Below are positions 10,309 to 21,756 of a stretch of DNA of 46,767 nt, piece after piece (the stretch's first letter is position 1; the number at the start of each line of letters is the position of its first letter). The stretch covers positions 1 through 46,767 of the forward strand of contig CANPWJ010000001.1 of the NCBI GenBank assembly GCA_947584035.1. Direction: 5' to 3'. This stretch comes from an uncultured Acetatifactor sp. GTDB taxonomy: Bacteria > Bacillota > Clostridia > Lachnospirales > Lachnospiraceae. The notes below the pieces were generated by a model. It was not told the DNA's origin. It made no database searches and was given only the letters and a program-made list of their open reading frames with translations. Both the position numbers and the translations under genes were made by a program.

Positions 10309-11214
10309 ATGGCGAACATACGCGAGATACACGATCGAATGAGCAGTATCCAGGATACCATGAAGATCACCAATGCCATGTATATGATCTCCTCCACCAA
10401 GCTTCGGAGGGCCCGGAGGAACCTGGAGGAGACGGAGGAATATTTCTTTACCCTGCAGGATATGATCGGCAACATCGCCCGCAGTATGGCGGGATCCGGA
10501 AATATGTACTTTGATGTCCGGCCGGAGAAGGCGCCGGAGGATCGTGTCTGCGGGCTGATCGTGGTGACCGCGGACAAGGGGCTTGCCGGAGCGTACAACC
10601 ACAATGTGCTGAAGCTGGCCCAGGAGCAGATCGCCGCCCATCGAAACTGCAAGCTCTTTTTGGTAGGCGAGGTGGGCCGGCATTATTTCGCCAGGAGGGA
10701 CACCCCGGTGGCGGAGCATTTCCACTATACGGCCCAGAACCCCAGTCTGCACCGCGCCCGCGTGATCAGCGAGGTGGTCCTGGAGCAGTTTCAGAAGGGG
10801 GAGCTGGACGAGGTCTACCTGATCTACACCGGCATGAAGAACAGCGTCACCATGGAGACGTATGCCAGACGTCTGCTCCCGCTGTCCATCGAGGAGGAAA
10901 GGATGCGCGGCGGCGGGAAGCGGGAGGATTCGCTCCTGTTTCAGCCGGATGCCGAGACCGTCCTGAAAAACATTGTGCCGGACTGTGTGATGGGCTACGT
11001 GTACGGCGCGCTGGTGGAATCGTTCTGCAGCGAGCAGAATTCCAGGATGATGGCCATGGAGGCGGCCAACAAGAATGCCGCGGCCATGATCCACGATCTG
11101 TCGATCGAGTACAACCGGGTGCGCCAGGCCATGATCACACAGGAGATCACGGAGGTCATCGCGGGGGCGAAGGCCCAGAAGCGGAAAAAGAAATTGAGGA
11201 CAGAAAACTCGTGA
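10309..11214 (+). CDS. atpG: F1 gamma subunit
   Basis: KITNAMYMISS, ADKGLAGAYN, YNRVRQAMITQEITE; RBS AGGAGG. Confidence 0.95.
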   Translation: MANIREIHDRMSSIQDTMKITNAMYMISSTKLRRARRNLEETEEYFFTLQDMIGNIARSMAGSGNMYFDVRPEKAPEDRVCGLIVVTADKGLAGAYNHNVLKLAQEQIAAHRNCKLFLVGEVGRHYFARRDTPVAEHFHYTAQNPSLHRARVISEVVLEQFQKGELDEVYLIYTGMKNSVTMETYARRLLPLSIEEERMRGGGKREDSLLFQPDAETVLKNIVPDCVMGYVYGALVESFCSEQNSRMMAMEAANKNAAAMIHDLSIEYNRVRQAMITQEITEVIAGAKAQKRKKKLRTENS

Positions 11215-11240
11215 AGGTACTGCGAGGAAGGAGGTACTGA

Positions 11241-12650
<1,410 letters not shown>

Positions 12651-12680
12651 TCCTGCGGCAGGGAGACGGAGAGGATTCGG

Positions 12681-13097
12681 ATGGCTGCGTTTCATTTAAA
12701 GATCTTGGCGGCGGACAACCGCTTTTATGACGGCTCCTGTCAGAGCATCATCGTGCCGGCCCAGGACGGCGAAAAGGAGATCCTGGCCCACCATGAAAAT
12801 ATGGTGATCGCCACGAAGGAGGGCCGGGCGCGCTTCCGGGAGGAGGCGGATGCCCCCTGGCAGTCGGTGATCGTGGGACTGGGGTTTGTGCACATCGCGG
12901 ACAACTGCGTGACCATGCTGGTGGATACGGCGGAGCGGCCGGAGGATATCGACCGGGTCCGCGCCCAGAGAGCGCTGGAGAGGGCCAGGGAGCAGCTCCG
13001 TCAGAAGCAGAGCATCCAGGAATTCCACGTTTCCCAGGCTTCTATGGCGCGAGCGCTGGTCCGCCTGAAGGAGGGCGGGAAGTACGAGGAGCGCTGA
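12681..13097 (+). CDS. atpC: F1 epsilon subunit
   Basis: EILAHH, AERPEDIDRVRAQRALERA; last atp gene. Confidence 0.92.
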   Translation: MAAFHLKILAADNRFYDGSCQSIIVPAQDGEKEILAHHENMVIATKEGRARFREEADAPWQSVIVGLGFVHIADNCVTMLVDTAERPEDIDRVRAQRALERAREQLRQKQSIQEFHVSQASMARALVRLKEGGKYEER

Positions 13098-13134
13098 GCG
13101 GCGGAAGCTCCGCGTTTTCGGAAGGGAGATCGCG

Positions 13135-15000
13135 ATGGACCTATCACAGAATGGGGCGGTGGCGCACAGGGGACTTTCCCGAAGGAAGCTTCCCTCCTGC
13201 GCGGCGCTTTTGGTGTGCCCCGTCATCACGTTTTATCTATTTGACCTTTATACCCACAATCCGTTTACTTCCATGAATTTTAAGACGCAGCTTTTGAACA
13301 TCGTATTCTATGTGATCTCAGAACTGCTCTTTTTTGGTGTCTTTCGATCCATGCGCCTGGCGCTGATGCTGCAGAGCGGGCTCTTTATGATCGTGGGCCT
13401 GGTCAATTACTATGTGCTGCATTTCCGTTCCGCTCCCATTATGCCCTGGGATCTCTACTCCGTGCAGACGGCGGCGGGGGTGGCGGACAACTATGACTAT
13501 CGCCTGGAGGGCGGGGCGGCGGCCGTCCTGGCGGCCTTTGTCGTGCTGTTGGTGGTGGAGAGCCGTTTTACCATGAAGGCGCCGGCCGGGAAGCGGAGGA
13601 GAGGAGCGATCATCCTGCTCTCCGCGGCGCTCCTCTGGGGTTACACCGGGCTGGTGCAGAACGATCGGTTCGTGCTGGAATTCGGCCTGTATGACAAGCT
13701 CTTTACCCCCACGGTGATGAACCGGAGGGACGGCAATATCGTGGCGTTTTTGATGGAGATGGAGTATCTGGATGTGGAGGTGCCGTCCGGGTATTCGGCG
13801 GAGGAGACCGGGGAAGCCTACCGGCAGCTTGCGTCCGGAAGTGGGGAGGACTCCCCGGTAGGCAGGACGTATGCGGAGGCCCTGGCGGATCCGGACAGCA
13901 TGGAGCGGCCCAATATCCTGGTCGTCATGGACGAGGCGTTTTCCGATCTGTCCGTGCTGGGAGACGTGGCCGCCAGCGAGGATTACATGCCCTTCCTGCA
14001 CCGGCTCCAGGAGGGCTGTGACAACACGGTCACGGGCTTCTTGGATGTATCCGTCCTGGGCGGGAATACGGCCAACACGGAGTTTGAGTTTTTGACCGGC
14101 GGGACGATGGCTTTCCTTCCCCAGGGGAGCGTGGCCTACCAGCAGTACATAAAGCGGGAGATGCCTTCCCTGGCCTCCTATCTGGGAGGACTGGGCTACC
14201 AGACGGTGGCGGTGCACCCCTATGATCCGGACGGCTGGGACCGCAGCCAGGTCTATCCGCTGTTTGGGTTCGACCGCTTTCTCTCCAGACAGGATTTCCG
14301 GGGGGCGGAAAAGATCCGCAAGTATGTCTCTGACGCCGCGTGCTTTGAAAAGCTTAAGGAGCTGTACCAGGAGAAGGAGCCCGGCAGACCGCTCTTTGTG
14401 TTCAATGTCACCATGCAGAACCACAGCGGATACGAGGACACCTATCCGAACTTTACGCCGGGGATCTCTGTGGAGGGGACGAGCTCCCGGTCCCTTCCCA
14501 TGTATCTGTCCCTGCTGCGGGAGACGGACGCGGCACTGGAGGATCTGATCGCCTATTTTGCGGAGGCGGAGGAGGACACCATGATCGTGTTCTTCGGGGA
14601 CCATCAGCCCACCGCCTATGTGAGCAATCCCGTCCTGAAAAGGAGCGGGGTCGATCCAAATGCCCTGACGGAGGAGGAAAACCTGCTGCGGTACAAGGTG
14701 CCTTATCTGATCTGGGCCAACTTTGACATCGCGGAAAGGACTGGACAGGAGTCCAGCGTCAACTACCTGATGCTGGACGTGCTGCAGGACTGCGGCCTAC
14801 CCCTCCCGCCCCTTCAGCAGGTGCTCTGCGGCCTGCGGGAACGCTATCCCGTGGTCAGCGGTATGCAGATCCGGGACGCGGACGGTAGGTATTGGAAGCA
14901 GGAGGACTGCGGGGACGCGCTGGAGGAATACCGGCGGATGCAGTATTATCTTTTGTTTGACTATGACGGACAAGAAGCAGGGCAGGGCGGTAACGGATGA
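13135..15000 (+). CDS. LTA synthase family protein (membrane domain plus sulfatase/phosphoglycerol transferase domain)
   Basis: About 5 TM segments; PNILVVMDEAF, GGNTANTEFE, TMQNH, FGDHQP. Confidence 0.85.
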   Translation: MDLSQNGAVAHRGLSRRKLPSCAALLVCPVITFYLFDLYTHNPFTSMNFKTQLLNIVFYVISELLFFGVFRSMRLALMLQSGLFMIVGLVNYYVLHFRSAPIMPWDLYSVQTAAGVADNYDYRLEGGAAAVLAAFVVLLVVESRFTMKAPAGKRRRGAIILLSAALLWGYTGLVQNDRFVLEFGLYDKLFTPTVMNRRDGNIVAFLMEMEYLDVEVPSGYSAEETGEAYRQLASGSGEDSPVGRTYAEALADPDSMERPNILVVMDEAFSDLSVLGDVAASEDYMPFLHRLQEGCDNTVTGFLDVSVLGGNTANTEFEFLTGGTMAFLPQGSVAYQQYIKREMPSLASYLGGLGYQTVAVHPYDPDGWDRSQVYPLFGFDRFLSRQDFRGAEKIRKYVSDAACFEKLKELYQEKEPGRPLFVFNVTMQNHSGYEDTYPNFTPGISVEGTSSRSLPMYLSLLRETDAALEDLIAYFAEAEEDTMIVFFGDHQPTAYVSNPVLKRSGVDPNALTEEENLLRYKVPYLIWANFDIAERTGQESSVNYLMLDVLQDCGLPLPPLQQVLCGLRERYPVVSGMQIRDADGRYWKQEDCGDALEEYRRMQYYLLFDYDGQEAGQGGNG

Positions 15001-17564
15001 ACAGTGAGAGCAAACAGCACAGATGGCCGGCGGAGGACACCAGGCAGAGGGCGGCGCTGATCCTGTCCTTTGTGCTCCCCGTGATGATCGCAGTTTCTAT
15101 CTTTGTGGCAAGAGGCATTTACCCGTTTGGTGACCGGAGTTTTCTCTACTCCGACATGTACCATCAGTATATGCCTTTTTTTCGTGAGTTCCTGCGTCTG
15201 GTAAAGTCGGGAGCGGGGATAGATTACTCCTGGAACGTGGGGCTTGGCTCCAACTTCCTGGCGCTCTATGTGTACTATCTGGCAAGCCCCCTCCACTGGC
15301 TGGCCTTTCTGGTGCCGGAGTCCCACCTGATGGAATTTATGAGCTATCTGGTGATCGTCAAGATCGGTCTTTGCGGGTGGTCGTCCTTTTTTTATCTGCA
15401 GAGGCATTATGAGACGAAGGACGGGGCGGTGCTCTTTTTTTCCAGCTTCTACGCGCTGTCCGGCTTCATGGCCGCGTACAACTGGAATATCATGTGGCTG
15501 GACTGTGTGATCCTCCTGCCGCTGATCCTGCTCGGCCTGGAGAAGCTGGTGAAGGAGGGGCGCTGTGCCCTCTACTGCCTGACGCTGGCCCTCTCCATCC
15601 TGACCAACTATTACCTCTCCATTATGATCTGCATCTTTCTGGTGCTGTATTTTGTGGTGCTTTTGGCCACGGAGAAGCGGAGCGTCCGGATCGTGGTGGA
15701 TTTCGCGCTGTATTCCCTGCTGGCCGGCGGCCTGGCGGCGGTGCTTTTGATCCCGGAGCTGACGGCGATCCTGGCCACGGATTTCGGGGCGGTGGATTTC
15801 CCGGACACCTTTGTCTCCTATTTCCCGATCCTGGATGAGCTGGCGCGGCACTGTCTGGCGGTGACCACCGAGCGGGGGCTGGAGCACTGGCCCAACATCT
15901 ACTGCGGCGCGGCGGTGTTTCTGCTGGTGCCCCTGTATGTGATGAACGAGAACATTCCCGCCCGGAAACGGTTCTGCCACCTGGCGCTGGCCGGGGTCTT
16001 TCTGTTCAGCTTTGCCGCCAACATGGCGGATCTGGTGTGGCATGGCATGAACTATCCGGATTCCCTTCCGGCGCGGCAGTCGTTTCTCTATATTCTGCTG
16101 GTGCTCAGTATGTGCTATGACGCGTATCGGAACGCGGACCGGGTCCCGGCGCGCTCGATCCTGTACGGCTATCTGGCGGCGGCGGTGTTTCTGCTCTCCT
16201 GCGAGCATTTCGTGCAGAGCGAGGATTTTGATCCGGGGATCGAGCTTCTGACCCTGCTTTTTGTGACGGTGTACGCGGTGCTCCTCTACCTGCACCGCAC
16301 CAGGAAGGGGGCGGCGGCCGCAAACCTCCTGGGAGCGGTGACGCTGATAGCGGTGGTCACGGAGCTGTCCGTCAACTCCTACAACACCAGCTTCGGGACC
16401 ACCAACCGCTCCGCTTATCTGGGGGAGCTGGAGGACTACCGGGCCCTGTATGCTTACACGCAAGAGCGGGAGGAGGGCTTTTACCGGGTGGAGAAATTTA
16501 CCCGAAAGACCAAGAACGACGGGACGCTGGCCGGTTATCCCACGGCCTCCCTCTTTTCCTCCACCATGAACTCCGACGTCATGGATCTGTACACGCTCCT
16601 GGGGATGCGGCACAGCAAGGTGTACTATAGCTTCGACGGGGCCACCGCGTTTACGGCGGCGCTTTTGAATGTGCATTACCTGTTTGGGGATTCAGATCAA
16701 TATGAGAACGAGCTCTTCCCCCTGTTACAAAAGAGCGGGAACGTCTGCCTGTATGAGAACAGCCGGACGCTTCCCTTCGGCTATGTGGCCCCGGCGGGCT
16801 ATGATCTGCCCCGGGAGGGGCGGGCGAATCCCATTTCGCTGCAGAACGGGATGGTGCGCGCCCTGGGGATCCAGGAGCCGCTGTTTGTCAGAAACGCGGA
16901 TGAGAACGTGGGGGACAATGTGCAGGTTACGGCGGAGCAGGACGGCATCTATTACGGCGTGGTGGCTTCCGCCGGGACGAAGGAGATCGAGCTGGTGGGC
17001 GGGGAGCTGGAGACGGAGAGCTACGGCGACCTGAAGAACAAGAGCATCCTCTATCTGGGCCATCTGATGAAAGGGGACAAGATCACGCTGCGAAACGGGG
17101 ATGAGGACGACGAGACGCCCCGGATCTCCGTGGACGTCTACCGCATGGATCTGGAGGTGCTGGACCGGGCGCTGCAGCTATTGTCCGCGAGCCATCTGGA
17201 GCATGTGGCGGTGGAAGAGGGAGCGGTGAGCGGCGATATCACCCTGCGGGAGGCCGGGCGCCTGATCCTGTCGATCCCCTGGGAAAAGGGCTGGACGGTG
17301 TCTGTGGACGGGCAGGAGACGGAAGGAGCCCTCTTCGGGGACACGCTGATCGCGCTGGACCTGGAGCCCGGAACCCACCGTGTGGAGCTGCGCAACGTGC
17401 CGGCCGGGAAATGGCCGGGGCTGTGGATCAGTCTGGGAAGCGTCTGCCTGTTTGGGGCGCTGATGCTCTGTCATAAAAAAGAAAAAAGCGGGAAAGGATA
17501 TGGGAGAGATGCGAGAAAAAAAGGAGAGCAGAGAGAAAAGGGAGAGCAGGATCCTGCGGAATAA
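14997..17564 (+). CDS. YfhO family polytopic membrane protein (GT-C-like glycosyltransferase)
   Basis: GIYPFGD...DMYHQY, YYLASP, YNWNIMWLD, C-terminal SIPWEKGWTVSVDG; ATGA overlap with upstream gene. Confidence 0.87.
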   Translation: MNSESKQHRWPAEDTRQRAALILSFVLPVMIAVSIFVARGIYPFGDRSFLYSDMYHQYMPFFREFLRLVKSGAGIDYSWNVGLGSNFLALYVYYLASPLHWLAFLVPESHLMEFMSYLVIVKIGLCGWSSFFYLQRHYETKDGAVLFFSSFYALSGFMAAYNWNIMWLDCVILLPLILLGLEKLVKEGRCALYCLTLALSILTNYYLSIMICIFLVLYFVVLLATEKRSVRIVVDFALYSLLAGGLAAVLLIPELTAILATDFGAVDFPDTFVSYFPILDELARHCLAVTTERGLEHWPNIYCGAAVFLLVPLYVMNENIPARKRFCHLALAGVFLFSFAANMADLVWHGMNYPDSLPARQSFLYILLVLSMCYDAYRNADRVPARSILYGYLAAAVFLLSCEHFVQSEDFDPGIELLTLLFVTVYAVLLYLHRTRKGAAAANLLGAVTLIAVVTELSVNSYNTSFGTTNRSAYLGELEDYRALYAYTQEREEGFYRVEKFTRKTKNDGTLAGYPTASLFSSTMNSDVMDLYTLLGMRHSKVYYSFDGATAFTAALLNVHYLFGDSDQYENELFPLLQKSGNVCLYENSRTLPFGYVAPAGYDLPREGRANPISLQNGMVRALGIQEPLFVRNADENVGDNVQVTAEQDGIYYGVVASAGTKEIELVGGELETESYGDLKNKSILYLGHLMKGDKITLRNGDEDDETPRISVDVYRMDLEVLDRALQLLSASHLEHVAVEEGAVSGDITLREAGRLILSIPWEKGWTVSVDGQETEGALFGDTLIALDLEPGTHRVELRNVPAGKWPGLWISLGSVCLFGALMLCHKKEKSGKGYGRDARKKGEQREKGEQDPAE

Positions 17565-19137
17565 ATATTATCTTTATCTGACGGAATTTTTTGCGGGGAT
17601 GTCGGTTATGGCGGTGGAGCTGGGGGCCAGCAGACTGCTGGCCCCGTATTTCAGCTCCTCCCAGATCGTCTGGACCATTATCATCGGCACCATTATGATC
17701 GCCATGGCGCTGGGAAATGTCTACGGCGGCCGGGCCGCGGACCGGGATCCGAATCCGGGACGGCTCTATGGGCGGATCCTGATCGCGGCGGTCTGGATCG
17801 CGGCCATCCCGGTGGTGGGAAAATACGTCATCATCGGGATCTCCGCCCTTCTGATCTTTCGCGTCAGCAGCAATTTCCTGATCTGGGCGGCCTTCGCGGC
17901 CTGTATGGTGATCTTTGTGTTCCCCCTGTTCCTGCTGGGGACGGTGACGCCGTCCCTGGTAAAGTACGCCACGGACAGCCTGGAGGACAACGGGAAAACG
18001 GTGGGGACTTTGGGGGCCTTCAACACCGTGGGGAGCATTTTGGGGACGTTTCTCCCCACCTTCGTGACGATCCCGGCGGTGGGGACCTCCGTCACCTTCC
18101 TGTTGTTCGCCGGGGTCCTGTTTGCGCTGGCCGCGGTCTACTTTGCAGACATCCGGGCCGGCGGGAAGCGGGTGGCCGCAGGGGGGGCCCTACTGGTTCT
18201 CTGCATCCTTTTGGGGCACGACGGCAGCTTTGCCTTCTGGGAGAAGGATCTGGCCTACGAGGGGGAATCCGTCTACAATTACCTGCAGGTGCGGGAGGAT
18301 GAGGAGGACGTTATCCTTTCCACCAACGTGCTCTTCGGCGTGCAGTCCATCCGGAAAAAGGACGGGGCGCTGACGGGGATGTATTACGACTATGCCCTGG
18401 CGGCCCCCTTTATGGCGGGAGTGAACGAGAAGGAGGGGCTTAAGGTGCTGATCCTCGGGATGGGCACCGGGACCTTCGCCACCCAGTGCGGGCGATACTT
18501 TGACAATCTGACCATGGAGGGCGTGGAGATCGACCAGCGGATCACCGATCTGGCCAGACAGTACTTTGAGCTGCCCCCGGATGTGCAGGTGACCACCTAT
18601 GACGGGCGCGCCTATCTGAACGCGGTGGATGGGATCTACGATGTGATCCTGGTGGACGCCTACCAGGATATCACCATCCCCTTCCAGATGTCCTCCGTGG
18701 AATTTTTTGAACTGGTGCGGCGGCACCTGAGCGGGGACGGCGTCCTGGCGGTCAATATGAACATGCGGGGAAGCGGGGAGGGAACGATCAACCAGTATCT
18801 TGCGGACACCATCGCGCAGGTCTTTGACCGGGTGTACACCGTGGATGTGCCGGGCTCCACCAACCGGGAGCTTTTCGCCGGAAATGCGGGGGACCTCCCG
18901 GAACGGCTGGCGCGCAACGCGCGGCTGGAGCGGGATGAGGAGCTGGCGGCGCTGATGGAGCAGGTGGGCGGCGGCCTTTCGGCTTATGTCCCCGGGGATT
19001 ACTGCCTGACGGACGACAAGGCGCCGGTGGAGCTTTTGGGGATGCGGGTGATCGACGAGCTGATCCGCGGCGAGGTGCAGTATTACAGAGGGATCTACGA
19101 GGAGCAGGGAGTGCGGGGGATTTTGGAGAATTTTTAA
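17500..19137 (+). CDS. Fused membrane domain / spermidine synthase-like SAM-fold protein
   Basis: VELGASRLLAPYFSSS...WT, VLILGMGTG, EGVEID, DGRAYL, ILVDAY, LTDDKAPVE; start could be 17509. Confidence 0.85.
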   Translation: MGEMREKKESREKRESRILRNKYYLYLTEFFAGMSVMAVELGASRLLAPYFSSSQIVWTIIIGTIMIAMALGNVYGGRAADRDPNPGRLYGRILIAAVWIAAIPVVGKYVIIGISALLIFRVSSNFLIWAAFAACMVIFVFPLFLLGTVTPSLVKYATDSLEDNGKTVGTLGAFNTVGSILGTFLPTFVTIPAVGTSVTFLLFAGVLFALAAVYFADIRAGGKRVAAGGALLVLCILLGHDGSFAFWEKDLAYEGESVYNYLQVREDEEDVILSTNVLFGVQSIRKKDGALTGMYYDYALAAPFMAGVNEKEGLKVLILGMGTGTFATQCGRYFDNLTMEGVEIDQRITDLARQYFELPPDVQVTTYDGRAYLNAVDGIYDVILVDAYQDITIPFQMSSVEFFELVRRHLSGDGVLAVNMNMRGSGEGTINQYLADTIAQVFDRVYTVDVPGSTNRELFAGNAGDLPERLARNARLERDEELAALMEQVGGGLSAYVPGDYCLTDDKAPVELLGMRVIDELIRGEVQYYRGIYEEQGVRGILENF

Positions 19138-19226
19138 ATGGACTTTGGCAAACTTTTCGTGTATACTGGATATGAGCGCGAGAAGAACAAATTTTACAAA
19201 AAATATAGGAAAAAGTTAGAAAATTT

Positions 19227-19256
19227 ATTGGAAAATTACCAATGGTATGATATAAT
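19227..19256 (+). promoter_or_regulatory. sigmaA promoter of the kdu/dhu operon with overlapping palindromic operator
   Basis: TTGGAA(19228)-17 nt-TATAAT(19251) with TG; ATTGGAAAATTACCAAT and TACCAATGGTA inverted repeats overlap it. Confidence 0.6.
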
Positions 19257-19322
19257 CAAAGATATCCATCGGCGGATTGCGTGCCCCAGGGCAGGAGGCC
19301 GCCGGAGAAAGAGAGGTGCAAG

Positions 19323-20183
19323 GTGGAACTTAGAACAGCAGTATCACCAAGGGATGTGAAGCACTATACCACGGAGCGCCTGAGAGAGGAGTTTTTGATT
19401 CAGAATCTCTTCGTCCCGGGCGAGATCAAGATGGTGTACAGCCACATCGACAGAATCATTACGGGCGCGGCGGTGCCCACAGGGCCGATCCGGCTGACCG
19501 CAGGAGACGAGCTTCGGGCAGAGTATTTCTGCCAGAGAAGGGAGCTTGGCGTGATCAATATCGGCGGCGCCGGCACGATCACCGTTGACGGCAAGGTCAA
19601 TCCGGTGGGCTACAAGGAAGCGATGTACATCGGCATGGGATCTCGGGAGATCGTCTTTGACAGCGTGGACGCTTCCAACCCCGCGAAGTTTTATCTAAAT
19701 TCCGCCCCCGCACACACGACGTACCCCACAGTCGTCATCAAGCCCGAGGGAACGCCCGAGCCGGGTGTGGTCATCGTGAAGGATGAGAACAAGGTGGAGC
19801 TCGGATCGCTGGAGGACGCGAACCACAGGGTCATCTGCAAATATATCCTCCCCGGACAGGTGGAGAGCTGCCAGCTGGAGATGGGAATGACCAGGCTGGA
19901 GCCGGGCAGCGTTTGGAACACGATGCCCTGTCACACGCACGACCGGCGCATGGAGGTATACCTCTATTTCGATATCCCGGAGGACGCGTTCGTGATGCAC
20001 TTTATGGGAGAGCCCGACGAGACGCGCCACATTGTGATGCACAACGAGGAGGCCGTCATCTCCCCCAGCTGGTCCATCCACTCCGGATGCGGTTCCAGGG
20101 CCTACACCTTTATCTGGGGCATGGTCGGCGAGAACCAGGACTTTGACGATATGGACGGCGTGGACAACCGGGATCTGAAATAA
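19323..20183 (+). CDS. kduI: 5-dehydro-4-deoxy-D-glucuronate isomerase
   Basis: YSHIDR, WNTMPCHTHDRRMEVY, SPSWSIHSG, GENQ; GTG start after GAGG. Confidence 0.95.
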   Translation: MELRTAVSPRDVKHYTTERLREEFLIQNLFVPGEIKMVYSHIDRIITGAAVPTGPIRLTAGDELRAEYFCQRRELGVINIGGAGTITVDGKVNPVGYKEAMYIGMGSREIVFDSVDASNPAKFYLNSAPAHTTYPTVVIKPEGTPEPGVVIVKDENKVELGSLEDANHRVICKYILPGQVESCQLEMGMTRLEPGSVWNTMPCHTHDRRMEVYLYFDIPEDAFVMHFMGEPDETRHIVMHNEEAVISPSWSIHSGCGSRAYTFIWGMVGENQDFDDMDGVDNRDLK

Positions 20184-20217
20184 CGGCGGATCCCGTCAGG
20201 AAAAGGAGAATACAAAT

Positions 20218-21021
20218 ATGTCAGAATTTACGAACTTCTCCCTGAAGGGAAAAGTGGCTCTGGTCACCGGAGCCTCCTATGGCATCGGCTTTGCCATCGC
20301 GTCGGCCTACGCGGAGTGCGGCGCGGTCATCTGCTTCAACGATATCAACCAGGAGCTGGTGGATAAGGGGATGGCGGCCTACACCGAGAAGGGCATCCAG
20401 GCCCACGGCTACGTGTGCGACGTGACCGACGAGGAAGCGGTGAACGCCTTGGTAGCGCAGATCGAGCGGGAGGTGGGCGTGATCGATATCCTGGTCAACA
20501 ATGCCGGTATCATCAAGCGCATCCCCATGACCGAGATGACGGCGGAGCAGTTCCGTCAGGTGGTGGATGTGGATCTGAACGCGCCGTTTATCGTTTCCAA
20601 GGCGGTGATCCCCTCCATGATCAAGAAGGGCCACGGAAAGATCATCAACATCTGCTCCATGATGTCCGAGCTTGGCCGTGAGACGGTGTCCGCTTACGCG
20701 GCCGCAAAGGGCGGCCTGAAGATGCTCACCCGGAACATCTGCTCCGAGTACGGCCAGTATAATATTCAGTGCAACGGCCTTGGGCCCGGCTATATTGAGA
20801 CGCCGCAGACGGCGCCTCTGCGCGAGATCCAGCCGGACGGGAGCAAGCATCCCTTCGACCAGTTTATCTGCGCCAAGACCCCTGCAAACAGGTGGCTGAA
20901 GCCGGAGGAGCTGACCGGCCCCGCCGTGTTCCTGGCCTCCGAGGCATCGAACGCGGTGAATGGACATATCCTTTATGTGGACGGCGGTATCCTGGCCTAC
21001 ATCGGGAAGCAGCCCGGCTGA
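20218..21021 (+). CDS. SDR, gluconate 5-dehydrogenase family (DhuD/KduD-equivalent reductase)
   Basis: TGASYGIG, NNAG, YAAAK, GILAYIGKQP; resembles streptococcal DhuD from recollection; context. Confidence 0.9.
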   Translation: MSEFTNFSLKGKVALVTGASYGIGFAIASAYAECGAVICFNDINQELVDKGMAAYTEKGIQAHGYVCDVTDEEAVNALVAQIEREVGVIDILVNNAGIIKRIPMTEMTAEQFRQVVDVDLNAPFIVSKAVIPSMIKKGHGKIINICSMMSELGRETVSAYAAAKGGLKMLTRNICSEYGQYNIQCNGLGPGYIETPQTAPLREIQPDGSKHPFDQFICAKTPANRWLKPEELTGPAVFLASEASNAVNGHILYVDGGILAYIGKQPG

Positions 21022-21068
21022 GCCCGGCGGGTCCGGAGAGAAAATGACAGGTAAAGAGAGGCATAAGA

Positions 21069-21707
21069 ATGAAGATTGCTTTGATCAATGAGAATAGTCA
21101 GGCGGCTAAGAATGAACTGATCTTTGAGACGCTGAAGAAAGCGGCGGCGCCCTATGGCCATGAGGTCTTTAACTATGGCATGTGCGGCGCGGAGGATCCC
21201 CATTCCTTAACCTATGTGCAGAACGGTATCCTCGCGGCAGTACTGCTCAATTCCGGCGCGGCGGATTTCGTGGTGACCGGGTGCGGTACGGGCGAGGGCG
21301 CGATGCTGGCGTGCAACGCCTTCCCCAGGGTGCTGTGCGGACACATTGAGTCCCCGCTGGACGCCTATCTGTTCACCCAGGTGAACGACGGCAACTGCGT
21401 GGCGCTCCCCTTCGCCGAGAACTTCGGCTGGGGCGGCGAACTGAATCTGCAGTATATCTTCGAGAAGCTGTTCTGCGCGCCCGGAGGCGGCGGATATCCG
21501 CCCGAGCGGGTGGAGCCCGAACAGCGCAATAAGAAGATCCTGGATCAGGTAAAGGAGATCACCCACACCGATATGGTCACCATCCTGCAGAAGCTGGATG
21601 CGGATCTGGTAAAGGGCGCTTTGTCCGGCGCGAAGTTTCAGGAGTATTTCTTCGCCAACTGCAGGGATGACAAGCTTGCAGCCTGTGTGAAGGAGATTCT
21701 GGCCTAA
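21069..21707 (+). CDS. RpiB/LacAB family isomerase, DhuI-like
   Basis: MKIALINENSQ, GCGTGEG, FGWGGELNL, GGGYP...EQRN. Confidence 0.88.
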   Translation: MKIALINENSQAAKNELIFETLKKAAAPYGHEVFNYGMCGAEDPHSLTYVQNGILAAVLLNSGAADFVVTGCGTGEGAMLACNAFPRVLCGHIESPLDAYLFTQVNDGNCVALPFAENFGWGGELNLQYIFEKLFCAPGGGGYPPERVEPEQRNKKILDQVKEITHTDMVTILQKLDADLVKGALSGAKFQEYFFANCRDDKLAACVKEILA

Positions 21708-21756
21708 CTATTAACTAAATTTATCGCCACAAGATGATGGCAGAAATGAGGGAAAA

